A stretch of DNA of 63,997 nt, filler included, from an uncultured Methanosarcinales archaeon (lineage in GTDB: Archaea > Nanobdellota > Nanobdellia > Woesearchaeales > CAZKBD01), in NCBI GenBank assembly GCA_964550945.1. It is 16 parts of 16 records of this genome, joined end to end, with 100 filler letters (N's around TTAATTAATTAA, not from the genome) between each part and the next. Parts side by side here need not be neighbours in the genome. Positions count along the whole stretch, not along the records: positions 50,485 to 53,866 come from CAZKBD010000132.1; positions 53,967 to 57,302 come from CAZKBD010000133.1; positions 57,403 to 60,727 come from CAZKBD010000134.1; positions 60,828 to 63,997 come from CAZKBD010000137.1; 12 more parts are not named here. One strand, given 5' to 3'. The translations under genes and the position numbers were made by a program. The notes under the pieces were generated by a model, which did no database searches, had not been told where the DNA came from, and worked only from the letters and a program-made list of their open reading frames with translations. How positions within the stretch are numbered: the stretch's first letter is position 1; each line of letters starts with the position of its first letter. Below, one piece after another: positions 53,401 through 63,121 of this stretch.

Positions 53401-53866
53401 GGTATCTGCTATATCAGTATAGAAGTAGATTATCCACCCCAAAACATCCCCCTCTTGTGGACTATTTATAGTTATTGTTGGTGGAACTTGATCCATAGTT
53501 AAGGTTCGGATTTCTGACGTTCCAGTATTACCTGAATCATCTGTACAATTGACATACCAAGTATGTGTGTTATTGCTGATTGTACTTGGTGTAAAAGTGG
53601 TATTGGTGCCTGTTAATGTACTTATATTTGTGCTTGCATTGGCATTATCTATATACAGTGAACAATCAAGTACTGAATCTATAACATCTGTCACATTAAA
53701 GATAAAATTAGTAACTGAATCAGTTGTGTTTGTGATGTTTTTTGGAGCTAATAAAGTAATATCAGGAGGATTCATGTCAACTGTGAAATTTTGTGTTAAA
53801 GATGTGTTTACATTAGTTGCATTATCAACACAAGTCACATTCCATAAATGATCTCCTTCAGGAATC
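50485..53866 (-). CDS. Large surface glycoprotein fragment with Ig-like repeats and a LamG domain
   Basis: Repeated WNVTCVDNATN / INFNWTAIDN units; LamG motifs FDGDGDYI, WYHVVG, GTIDDVMIFNRSLS; open at both ends. Confidence 0.85.
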
Positions 53867-53966
53867 NNNNNNNNNNNNNNNNNNNNNNNNNNNNNNNNNN
53901 NNNNNNNNNNTTAATTAATTAANNNNNNNNNNNNNNNNNNNNNNNNNNNNNNNNNNNNNNNNNNNN

Positions 53967-54500
53967 AGCATTGATGTAAAAGAAAAGGTTAAAGAGCTTG
54001 ATCTAGAAATAGAAAAAGCAGCTGGCTTAATGATCAATGCGTATAGAAATAATAAAAAAGTATTGATTGCAGGCAATGGCGGATCAGCAGCAGATGCCCA
54101 GCATGCTGCTGGAGAACTTGTAGGAAGGTTCAAAAAAGAAAGAAAGGCCTTGCCTTGCATTGCACTAACAACAGATTCTTCAATTATAACAGCATGGTCT
54201 AATGATTATAGTTTTGATACAATATTCTCAAGGCAGATAGAAGCCTTAGGCAACAAAGGTGATGTATTTATAGCTATAAGCACAAGTGGCAACTCAAAAA
54301 ACATTATAGAAGCAATAGACCAAGCAAAAAAGCATGGACTAAAAGTGATCACTCTGCTTGGCAAGGATGGCGGATTAATGAAAGGGAAGGGAGATGTAAA
54401 CATTATTGTTCCATCCAACAATACTCCTAGAGTCCAAGAGTCGCATATAATGATCCTGCATATTATTTGCGAGTTGGTTGAAAAAGGTGTTTTTGAATGA
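53967..54500 (+). CDS. gmhA: Sedoheptulose-7-phosphate isomerase (5' truncated)
   Basis: GNGGSAADAQH, NDY, ISTSGNS, RVQE.H. Confidence 0.95.
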   Translation, partial: SIDVKEKVKELDLEIEKAAGLMINAYRNNKKVLIAGNGGSAADAQHAAGELVGRFKKERKALPCIALTTDSSIITAWSNDYSFDTIFSRQIEALGNKGDVFIAISTSGNSKNIIEAIDQAKKHGLKVITLLGKDGGLMKGKGDVNIIVPSNNTPRVQESHIMILHIICELVEKGVFE

Positions 54501-55399
54501 AAGCGCTAGTTACAGGAGGAGCTGGATTTATCGGCTCTAATCTTGCTTTAGAGCTTGAAAAGCAAGGCCATAAGGTTATTGTTGCAGATAGGATGTCAAC
54601 AGGAACAAAGAACAACCTTGATGGGTTCAAAGGCAAAATTCTAAAAACCGATATTTCAAAACCATTTGAAATTAAGGAGAAACTAGATGCGATTTTCCAC
54701 ATCGCAGCAATCACAGACCCACGGTTTAAAGACGATAATGAGATGATAAAACAGAATCTGGAAGGATTTAGATTGATGATAGAGCTGGCAAAAAAGAATA
54801 ATGCTAAATTAGCCTATGCATCTTCTGCAAGCTTGTATGGCAATGGACAAACGCCAATGAAAGAAGACCAAAAAAAAGAGCTGTTAAGCGCTTATGCAAA
54901 ATCCAAGCTTATGATGGATGAGATGGCTGAAAAATTAGCAGATAATATGCATATTGTTGGCCTAAGGTATTTTAATGTTTATGGCCCAAGAGAAGCGCAT
55001 AAAGGAAGGCCTGCTTCTATGATATATCATTTAAGCAATCAGATGAAAGCAGGAAAAAATCCGAGAATCTTCAAAATGGGCGAACAAAAAAGGGATCATG
55101 TCTATGTAAAAGACTGCGTAAAAGCAACTATGCTGGCAATCGAAGGCAAACCAGGAGTTTATAATGTTGGAACAGGCATTGCAACAAGTTTTAATGAGCT
55201 TATCAAGGTTTTTAATGAAGTGCTTGGAACAAGTTATGAGCCAGAATATTTTGATATGCCTTATGATCCAAAAACATATCAGGCGAATACGCAAGCTGAC
55301 ACTAAAAAAGCAGAAAAATATCTTAAATTCAAATCAGAATGGCCGTTAAAAGACGGACTTAGAGATTATATGGGGTGGTTAGATGAACAAGCTAACTAG
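54497..55399 (+). CDS. hldD: ADP-L-glycero-D-manno-heptose 6-epimerase-like SDR
   Basis: TGGAGFIGSN, YASSA, YxxxK, GLRYFNVYGPREAHKG; heptose operon context. Confidence 0.85.
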   Translation: MKALVTGGAGFIGSNLALELEKQGHKVIVADRMSTGTKNNLDGFKGKILKTDISKPFEIKEKLDAIFHIAAITDPRFKDDNEMIKQNLEGFRLMIELAKKNNAKLAYASSASLYGNGQTPMKEDQKKELLSAYAKSKLMMDEMAEKLADNMHIVGLRYFNVYGPREAHKGRPASMIYHLSNQMKAGKNPRIFKMGEQKRDHVYVKDCVKATMLAIEGKPGVYNVGTGIATSFNELIKVFNEVLGTSYEPEYFDMPYDPKTYQANTQADTKKAEKYLKFKSEWPLKDGLRDYMGWLDEQAN

Positions 55400-56354
55400 C
55401 TTCTTAGAAAGATTCAAAGAGAAAAAAATAATTGTGATAGGGGACATCATGCTGGACAAATATATCTGGGGGTCTGTTGACAGGATAAGCCCAGAAGCTC
55501 CTGTCCCTGTTGTTAAAGCTATAAAAGAGGATTATGTTCCAGGAGGAGCAGCAAATGTTGCTAACAACATTGCTGCACTAGGAGCTAAATCATTCATGGT
55601 TGGGATAACGGGGGATGATGCAGCTCGCTCTATTTTAGTATCAGAACTAAAAAAAAGAGGGATTGATACAAATGGTGTTTCACAGGATAAGGACAAGCCG
55701 ACAACACAAAAGATAAGGGTTATTGGCCAAAAACAACAGCTGTTAAGGATAGACTATGAAAAAGTGGATTATCTAAATAATGAATTTGAAAATAAGACCA
55801 TTAAATTTATTTCTGATCTAATTGATGATATAGATGCAATTATTGTATCAGATTATGCAAAAGGGGTTATCACAAAAACATTAATGGCAAACATAGTCGA
55901 GTTGTGCAGAAAAAAGAACAAAATAGTGATTATTGACCCAAAACCAAGGCATCTGGATTATTACAAAGGAGCTACATTAATGACTCCGAATATGAAAGAA
56001 GCGCAGGAAATGTTCAACATCACTTATGAAGCAGATGGAGGCATAGATGAAATTGGGAAATACCTATTAAAAAAGATTGATGCTCCTGTCCTGATAACAA
56101 GAGGAGAACAGGGAATGTCATTATACGAGAAGGATGGAAAAATAACCAATATCCCTACTAAAGCCAAAGAGGTTTATGATGTTACTGGCGCAGGTGATAC
56201 TGTTGTAGCTACTTTAACTTTGTCTCTAGCTTCTGGCGCAAATATGACTGAATCAGCAGCAATTGCCAATTACGCAGCAGGGATAGTTGTCGGAAAGATA
56301 GGAACATCAACAACAAATGTTGAAGAGCTAAAGAGAGCCATTGAAAATGAATAA
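55383..56354 (+). CDS. rfaE1: Heptose-7-phosphate kinase (RfaE domain I)
   Basis: RISPEAPVPV, GGAANVA, SDYAKG, DVTGAGDT. Confidence 0.93.
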   Translation: MNKLTSFLERFKEKKIIVIGDIMLDKYIWGSVDRISPEAPVPVVKAIKEDYVPGGAANVANNIAALGAKSFMVGITGDDAARSILVSELKKRGIDTNGVSQDKDKPTTQKIRVIGQKQQLLRIDYEKVDYLNNEFENKTIKFISDLIDDIDAIIVSDYAKGVITKTLMANIVELCRKKNKIVIIDPKPRHLDYYKGATLMTPNMKEAQEMFNITYEADGGIDEIGKYLLKKIDAPVLITRGEQGMSLYEKDGKITNIPTKAKEVYDVTGAGDTVVATLTLSLASGANMTESAAIANYAAGIVVGKIGTSTTNVEELKRAIENE

Positions 56355-56883
56355 GGCCGTGTTTTTAGACAGAGATGGTACGCTAAATATAGACCCAGGA
56401 TATGTCCGTAAGATTGAAGATTTTGAATTATATCCTAATGTGATAAAAGCTTTAAAATTATTAAAAAATTTTCAATTGTTCATAATAACAAACCAATCAG
56501 GAATCGGAAGGGGCTATTACACAGAGAAAGATTTCCATAAATTCAATAATCATCTGATAGCTGAACTAAGAAAAGAAGGCATCAATATAAAAGAAACATT
56601 TTACTGCCCACATCATCCTGACGAAGAATGTGACTGCAGAAAGCCCAGCACAAGATTCATAAAAGAAGCCGCAAAAAAATATGGTTTGGATTTAAAAAAA
56701 TCATTTGTCATTGGCGACCATCCCCATGATATTGAGATGGGTCATAAAGCAGGGATAAAAACAATCTATATGCTTACCGGGCATGGAGAAAAACACAAAA
56801 AGGACCAGAAACATAAGCCTGATCTGGTCACTTATGATATACTTGAGGCTGCAAAATGGATAATAAAGATGGATAAAGATTGA
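56347..56883 (+). CDS. gmhB: Heptose-1,7-bisphosphate phosphatase
   Basis: FLDRDGT, TNQSG, CPH...CDCRKP, IGD. Confidence 0.93.
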   Translation: MNKAVFLDRDGTLNIDPGYVRKIEDFELYPNVIKALKLLKNFQLFIITNQSGIGRGYYTEKDFHKFNNHLIAELRKEGINIKETFYCPHHPDEECDCRKPSTRFIKEAAKKYGLDLKKSFVIGDHPHDIEMGHKAGIKTIYMLTGHGEKHKKDQKHKPDLVTYDILEAAKWIIKMDKD

Positions 56884-57102
56884 TTTTCAGTTAGTAATAA
56901 TTAAAAAATAATTATAAAACCAATAATAACTTAAAGTCAAAAGATTAATAAACAATTTAACATAAAAAAAGTATCAGTAATCTTAAAATCAATGGTGGAT
57001 TATTAATCATTAGACTAACAATCAACTATAAAATTAAATAATTATTACCAGCTACTATCCTAGGCGAACAATACTTTGTAAATTACAGAAAGGTTACGGA
57101 AG

Positions 57103-57302
57103 ATGAACAACAAAATAAAAACAAAAAATGAGATAAAAAAGATAGTTGAAGAGCTGAAAAAACAAGGCAAGAAGATAGTAACAACTAACGGTGTATTTGA
57201 TATTCTTCATATAGGCCATATAAGGACATTTGAGGAAGCAAAAAGGCAAGGCGATGTTCTAATAGTTGGTTTGAATAGTGATTCTTCTGTTAAAAAGCTA
57301 AA
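57103..57302 (+). CDS. rfaE2: Heptose-1-phosphate adenylyltransferase (RfaE domain II), 5' fragment
   Basis: [20 protein letters not shown]. Confidence 0.85.
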
Positions 57303-57609
57303 NNNNNNNNNNNNNNNNNNNNNNNNNNNNNNNNNNNNNNNNNNNNTTAATTAATTAANNNNNNNNNNNNNNNNNNNNNNNNNNNNNNNNNNNNNNNNNN
57401 NNCTTTGAATTTTCTATAAACTTAGAAGTAACTATTTTATATTCGGAGGTACTATTTTAACGGTTTTCGTGTAGAATTAAGCCTCTTTAAAACTATCGTA
57501 CAAGAATTGCATTAAGCATCTTGGTAAAGCAAGTATTTAAAATTTTCGCTGCTGGAATAACTAATTTGTTCAGAAAGATATATAAACTAAGAACAAGTAT
57601 CTTAAGCAT

Positions 57610-57954
57610 ATGGGTAAGAAAAAAGAACAGATTGCTGAGCAGGAAAAGCTGCAGCAGGAAATAAGCAGGATTAAATTGCCGAGGGGCAATCAAACATTAG
57701 GGATTCTGGATCAGCGCTTAGGAGCCTCAAGAATGAGGGTTAGATGCCTGGACGGAAAAACAAGAATATGCAGAATCCCGGGCAGATTAAAGAGAAAATT
57801 ATGGGTAAGGGAAGGCGATATTATTATTGTAGAGCCATGGGAATTCTCAGGAGAAGGCAAAGGAGATGTATTATATAAATACACCCCAACACAAGTTGTT
57901 TTCCTAAAAAACAAGGGCTACTTAAAGAAAATTGAAGAGATGGATGAGTTCTGA
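57610..57954 (+). CDS. eif1a: Translation initiation factor aIF-1A
   Basis: CLDGKTRICRIPGRLK, WVREGD. Confidence 0.93.
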   Translation: MGKKKEQIAEQEKLQQEISRIKLPRGNQTLGILDQRLGASRMRVRCLDGKTRICRIPGRLKRKLWVREGDIIIVEPWEFSGEGKGDVLYKYTPTQVVFLKNKGYLKKIEEMDEF

Positions 57955-58165
57955 TTATGTTTAGATTACGGCGTTGTTGAAAATCTTGAGTTCGTAGAAT
58001 AGGTGTTTCCCATACGTAAAGCGAACCCCACTTTAATTTACTGAAGACAGAGAGGCACACGAACGTAAAAAATACTTCGCTTAATTTAAGCATTACTGGA
58101 AAGAGGGATAATCTGTCGCAAGATTTAAATAGAACTTTACAAATTTATAGACTATGGGGTTGTTT

Positions 58166-59093
58166 GAGACTGTTACCTTAACTTACTCGTTGAATAGCAC
58201 ATTATCTGCGGACGTTTTGCAACGTCTCTGCCAAAAATCTTTTAAATCAGCTTCACTTTAAAGATTTAATCTTGGAGGCAGTTGCTTCATAACATTGGGA
58301 ATGCTTGTTCAAGCGTTGAAGATGCTTCCAAGAACTTCTTTTCATAAAACATCTTCTTGAGATGTTTGCGCAGCATGAATAATTGTGCAAACTTGTTTGC
58401 ACTTTCTATATTTTCAAAATTGTACCTGAATTTTTCAAGGTAGGAATCTATCTCAGAATTAAGGCTCTCAGCTGGATTGTTTGTAATCCAGTAAAACTTC
58501 TTCTTGTATATGAATCCCTTTCCATTAATGCCAGCAATGACGCTTTTGCATTTCCTTCCCAGAAATTTAGCTGAACTGTCATAAGCATGAAGCCCATCTC
58601 TTATCAAGATGTCAACTTCCCTGCCTATTTTACGTCGAGCTTCTATAAAAAGCTTTTTTGCAGAATCGAAGTCTCTGAATTGGGTTACAATGCAGTGAAT
58701 AAGATTGCCAAAGCAATCTTTTATACTCCACCAATAATGCCATTCTCCTCCAACTTTTACATATTTTTCATCTGCGTGGCATATCAAAACATCACTTGTG
58801 CATTGGTAAGGTGGAAGGATTATTCCATCAGCAAACTTATTTGTCCATTCGCAAACTGTCTTGTAACTAACGCTTGCCCTGAAGAGCAAGAACAGCAATA
58901 TTGACACTATTCTTGATGGAAGAAAAATATGCAGAATAATTGCAAATCTTATTACAATTATAGGGTTCCTGTATCTTTTAAGATAGCCATTTTTTGCCAT
59001 GTTGAAGCACCTCTTTTAGTGCCCAAACTCACTTTCTTTGGAGAAAATTGTGCTTTGAGAATAAATATGTTTTGAGATTAAGGTAACAGTGTC
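58166..59093 (-). mobile_element. IS6-family insertion sequence, 928 bp
   Basis: 16-bp TIRs GAGACTGTTACCTTAA (58166-58181) and TTAAGGTAACAGTGTC (59078-59093), similar to the IS26-type GGCACTGTTG end; no target duplication seen. Confidence 0.85.
58287..59000 (-). CDS. IS6-family DDE transposase
   Basis: HADEKYVKVGG, RDGLHAY, NNPAESLNS. Confidence 0.88.
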   Translation of the reverse strand: MAKNGYLKRYRNPIIVIRFAIILHIFLPSRIVSILLFLLFRASVSYKTVCEWTNKFADGIILPPYQCTSDVLICHADEKYVKVGGEWHYWWSIKDCFGNLIHCIVTQFRDFDSAKKLFIEARRKIGREVDILIRDGLHAYDSSAKFLGRKCKSVIAGINGKGFIYKKKFYWITNNPAESLNSEIDSYLEKFRYNFENIESANKFAQLFMLRKHLKKMFYEKKFLEASSTLEQAFPML

Positions 59094-59112
59094 TGAACAT
59101 ACCAATCACCTT

Positions 59113-59149
59113 AATTAACCTCTTTCATACAGAACTCTATAAAAACTTT
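59113..59149 (-). promoter_or_regulatory. Promoter unit duplicated at 59701-59739
   Basis: Shared TACAGAACTCTATAAAAACTTT and AATTAACC; on the minus strand a TATA-like TTTTTATA precedes an RBS and ATG in both copies. Confidence 0.65.
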
Positions 59150-59180
59150 ACTTTTAAAAAGAACGCCCTACAGAGAATAC

Positions 59181-59690
59181 TTAAATATTCTTTAAATTTA
59201 CATAAACAAAGTTTATACCTTCCACATCTAAATTCTTCTTTTCAATATGGCTTAAATGTCCATTATAATCAAAACAAATAAGATACTTTAAGGTCGTGTT
59301 TTTCTTAAATCCTTTCAAATATTCTAAGTTACCTTTCAATTCTTCTATTAATTTTTGTTTATTCATCTTCCAATACATTTTTAGTTCTATTAATGCTTCA
59401 AATTCTTTTGGATTTAAAGAATCAGGAACACCATTTGTTTTTTTAAACTCCACCTTATCATTTTTAAAAAGAGCCATATCTATCCTTGCATTCTTTTTGT
59501 AATCTTTATGCCCTGAATACAATTCTGTAGTAATAATAAACTGTTTTTCTAATCTTTTATTTAATTCAGAAAATAAAAGGCAATTCAAATCATTTTCATA
59601 AATTAGTAGGGGTAATTTTCTACCTTCTTCTTTACACTTCTCTTTAATTAATTCTATACTATCTAATATTATCTGGTTAATATTCATCAT
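59181..59690 (-). CDS. Putative PD-(D/E)XK nuclease-fold protein
   Basis: ENDL, RIDMAL, IELK pattern. Confidence 0.6.
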   Translation of the reverse strand: MMNINQIILDSIELIKEKCKEEGRKLPLLIYENDLNCLLFSELNKRLEKQFIITTELYSGHKDYKKNARIDMALFKNDKVEFKKTNGVPDSLNPKEFEALIELKMYWKMNKQKLIEELKGNLEYLKGFKKNTTLKYLICFDYNGHLSHIEKKNLDVEGINFVYVNLKNI

Positions 59691-59828
59691 AATTTCCCCC
59701 AATTAACCCTATTCTTGTACAGAACTCTATAAAAACTTTGCTCTCTTACTCCATTAATACCAACATAATACCTGCAGTATACGAATCCAATAAATTTAAA
59801 TATAAATTACTTAATTTAATTGCTGAAA

Positions 59829-60727
59829 ATGGAAAAAGATGAGATTGAACGTGACGTTGATGACATTTTCAAGGATTTTGAATATAATGTCACAGGCAAA
59901 AAAGATGCTCCTAAAAGCCCCTCTCCACAAATAACTCCTAAAAAATTAAGCGGAGATGAAGATTTTCTGGAAGATAAATACAGGAGAGAGCAGGAGCTTC
60001 TGGAAGAAAAGTATGAGAAGGAGAAGGAGCTTTTGGATAAGAAAAGAAAAGAAGACTTAAAAAGAAAGAAAGAGGTAGAGTTACGCGAAAACATACTTCG
60101 CCAAAAATCCGCGCCTTTAAAGCCTGCCAATAAGAGCAGCGTAAATGTAGAAAGGATAGGCTATTTGGCCATAATTATTGTTTTGGTTGCTTATATTGCT
60201 ATAGATCTGTCTTTTTATCATGGTGGGAAAAGCGCTGAAGCCAAGAAGGACCAGGCTGTTGCTCCTGCCACTATAACTCCTAATACCACAATAGAGCAGA
60301 GCAAGAGCAATGAAAGCAAAGAAGTTAAGGCTGAAGAAAAGGAGGAAGAGAAAAAAGAAGAGCCAGTTGTACCAGCTGCCAATGAAGGAACAAAGCTATC
60401 CGGAAAAATTATATTGAAGATTGACAATATTGCTACTGAAATTTCTGAAAAGCTCAACGATACAGGATACATAAACAGCGTTACTTTTACTATAGACAAT
60501 GGCAAGGACAAGGCTTTAACACCTATAGTTGATGTTTATGCCTATGACAGCGAAATGGACAAGATGTGGGAAACCAAAAACAGGGGCCAGTATAAAGGCG
60601 CTGCCATCAGCTCTGGTAATCAACAAACCGTAACCATTGATTTACTTCCAAAAACTTTTAGAAATCTTGATTTGAAGAAGGATATAAGATTAACATTAAA
60701 TGATACTAATGGAGGGTTTATTGTTGC
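59829..60727 (+). CDS. Hypothetical single-TM protein (3' truncated)
   Basis: Charged N-terminus, one TM helix, external beta-rich domain. Confidence 0.65.
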
Positions 60728-61176
60728 NNNNNNNNNNNNNNNNNNNNNNNNNNNNNNNNNNNNNNNNNNNNTTAATTAATTAANNNNNNNNNNNNNNNNN
60801 NNNNNNNNNNNNNNNNNNNNNNNNNNNCAGCAGCCTCACGGCTGCTCGGGTTTATGTTTCTATCGAGATTCGGGACAGAGCCTGATGGCGCGGCTCTGTC
60901 CCGAAAGCGGTTACGGGCATCAGGCCGAGCCTTTGCCATTGCGGGAACAAGGGCGTTGTTGGGGGTTGCCCCCTGCGGGGTGCCGAGTAGGACTTCCCAG
61001 AGAAGCCCGTCGAGCCGCCAAATGGAACTACAACTGCATCAAAAAGAAAAATTCAAAATGTCGTAGAACATATCCGCTTAAACGAAGTTTTGTCCGACCT
61101 CGTGAGTGAGCCCCCAAAAAATCCTCTCTCTGGGGCGAAGGCTGTCCAAGAACAATAGAATACGGAGCCCAAAAAC

Positions 61177-61440
61177 CTATTTGTATATCCTATCATGATG
61201 GTCAAATTCCTCAAAAGTAACTTTCTTAAGATTATCATCAACTGAAAACAAAAGAACAAAACTTTTGTCTATGTGGACGCTCTTGAGGTGTTGTAATGGG
61301 CTTCTGAGATTCTTATAATGCTGTGGATTTCGTATTACTTCTGCAATCTTATTATGGATAATCTCTAGTTGTTTTTTGTTCTTTTTCCCTATTTTCTCAA
61401 ATATCTTGTCCAAGTGATCTCTAATTTCAAAGGAGTGCAT
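61177..61440 (-). CDS. RelE/ParE-family toxin
   Basis: NPQHYKNLR, VHIDKSFVL, DHHDRIY. Confidence 0.85.
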   Translation of the reverse strand: MHSFEIRDHLDKIFEKIGKKNKKQLEIIHNKIAEVIRNPQHYKNLRSPLQHLKSVHIDKSFVLLFSVDDNLKKVTFEEFDHHDRIYK

Positions 61441-61441
61441 T

Positions 61442-61684
61442 TTAATTCATACCATATCTTTTTCTGAAGTTCTCGAGAGTGCCTATCTTTATAGTTTTTT
61501 CTTTAGATATCTTCTCCATCTTCTGGATAAATTCAGGTTGCAATTCAGGCTCCAATAACCCCCCTCCACAACTTAAAACAACTTTTTCAATAGCTTCAGA
61601 CTTATCTTTAAGATTATACCTGGCCTTTACAATATTCAAGATTTGATTTGCATCTTTCGAAATGTTTACCATTGCTTGTACCAT
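61442..61684 (-). CDS. DUF2683-like antitoxin
   Basis: MVQAMVNI...ILNIVKARYNLKDKSEAI...EPEL; lies directly upstream of the toxin. Confidence 0.8.
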   Translation of the reverse strand: MVQAMVNISKDANQILNIVKARYNLKDKSEAIEKVVLSCGGGLLEPELQPEFIQKMEKISKEKTIKIGTLENFRKRYGMN

Positions 61685-62240
61685 ATATCTCACCAATACA
61701 CTATATATATCTCATATATATAAATGTATAGGTTTTTGGGCTCCGACTAAAGTAAAAGATTTCTTTGACAGCCGAAGCGACGAGCTTTGATGCGAGGAGC
61801 GACCGACCCGTTTAGCACATCGGAATTTAACGAAGTTTATTTTTCAGAGCGGAGGAATTTTGAGGCAACCCACAAAATTCCGACCTCGAAAAATAAATTT
61901 GGGAGAGCAGGGGAAAACGCTTGGCGTTTTAGGCGAAGCCGACCCTGCGAACCGTTAAATTCCTGTTAAGTTCGTTTCCCATACGCAAGTGTGGGAAACC
62001 TGCGTCCGCAGAGTTGTGTTTAAGTTCCAATCAATTCGAGCGTAGCGAGTGTATATGTGCGAAGCACGGGGGGAGTTCAGTCGTTCTATTAAATGAGCGA
62101 ATGCGATACGTCAAGAACAAGTATCAAGGGGACAATTTTAATTCACAGGGAATTTCGTTTATACAAATTTTCATCGGAATATTTAAATAGAAGTTATGCC
62201 TTGACTTATGATATATCACAGTTTAAGGGGGATTTCGCTA

Positions 62241-62468
62241 ATGACTAATACAAAACAAAAGATACTGGAATTTCTAAAAAAGGCAGATTGGCCTTCAACA
62301 ACAGAAGACATTGCCGCAGAAGTAAAAGTATCTTGGAATACAGCACAAGTGCATCTTCTAAAAATGGTTCACGAAGGAATTCTAAAATATAAGAAAGTCG
62401 GAAGACAAAACCAGTTCTGGTTAAATGAAGGATATGAAAAATACTTCAAACGGGGGGATAAAAAATGA
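62241..62468 (+). CDS. Small winged-HTH regulator
   Basis: KILEFLK...TTEDIA...SWNTAQVHL...KKVGR. Confidence 0.75.
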   Translation: MTNTKQKILEFLKKADWPSTTEDIAAEVKVSWNTAQVHLLKMVHEGILKYKKVGRQNQFWLNEGYEKYFKRGDKK

Positions 62469-63112
62469 AAAATTTATTTGTTGTGTGCGGTATAATATTT
62501 ATTCTATTAATTGGAGGCTGTTCAAATCAAACTGATACTTCTGATACAACTAAACCAATAACAAAAGATACTAAGGCATTAGTTGAAGAAAAATCAGTAC
62601 AAAAAGATGCAGAGCCTTCAATAATTCAAAGATCACAAGCAACAACAAAAACAACATCTGAATTAGCTTTAGTATTATCAGATTTGCCAGAAGGCTACAC
62701 AATAAAAGAAAGAACTCCCAGACTCAAGTCTGATGTGAGTAAAGAAGCAATCGATTTAGGATGGGAAGATGGTTATTATATCAGGTTTGCTCGTATAGGG
62801 GAAGATATTTTTGATGCTACAGTAATAGAGCAATTTATTTCGATTTATCCCATTAATGACGTTAAAAAAGTTTTAGATTTGCCAGAACAATCAAATGAGA
62901 ATGTTACTTACGAAGAATTACCCTCATCTGATTTAGGTGTTGAAAGCAAGGCTTATAGGATAACCTATATTGATGAATTTGGCACACAAGAAAGAGTTTA
63001 CCAGATAGAATTTTTCAAAAAGAATGTTTATCAAGAGATTGATATGTCCGGTACAGCAACGGATTATGAACTATTAAAGGAAATTGTCAAAAAATCTATT
63101 AAAAAGATTTAG
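62465..63112 (+). CDS. Putative lipoprotein
   Basis: LIGGC lipobox; SDLPEGY. Confidence 0.7.
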   Translation: MKNLFVVCGIIFILLIGGCSNQTDTSDTTKPITKDTKALVEEKSVQKDAEPSIIQRSQATTKTTSELALVLSDLPEGYTIKERTPRLKSDVSKEAIDLGWEDGYYIRFARIGEDIFDATVIEQFISIYPINDVKKVLDLPEQSNENVTYEELPSSDLGVESKAYRITYIDEFGTQERVYQIEFFKKNVYQEIDMSGTATDYELLKEIVKKSIKKI

Positions 63113-63121
63113 ATTTTATGA

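Larger units (their letters stand above)
60828..62134. other. Large structured non-coding element enclosing a TA operon
   Basis: GC-rich arms 60828-61180 and 61728-62134 with nested long-range complementarity, including an 18-bp perfect IR 61163-61180 / 61728-61745. Confidence 0.7.

Noticed and set aside
58005..58016. 12-nt match GTTTCCCATACG with 61975-61986
   Set aside because: Too short to exceed chance in 64 kb without flanking homology.
60881..60890. Hammerhead ribozyme core (CTGATG)
   Set aside because: Reads CTGATGG rather than CTGANGA, and the stems do not form the hammerhead junction.
60828..61020. RNase P RNA or group I/II intron (GGGAAGTCC and AGAAAC on the minus strand)
   Set aside because: No GAGGAA-type P4 lead-in, no domain V-like hairpin or P7 motifs found by eye; needs cmscan to exclude formally.
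60854..61109. Short ORFs of 60-74 aa over the structured arms (also 61053-61259 and 61787-61969)
   Set aside because: Atypical composition, no RBS, and they coincide with palindromic GC-rich DNA; likely spurious.
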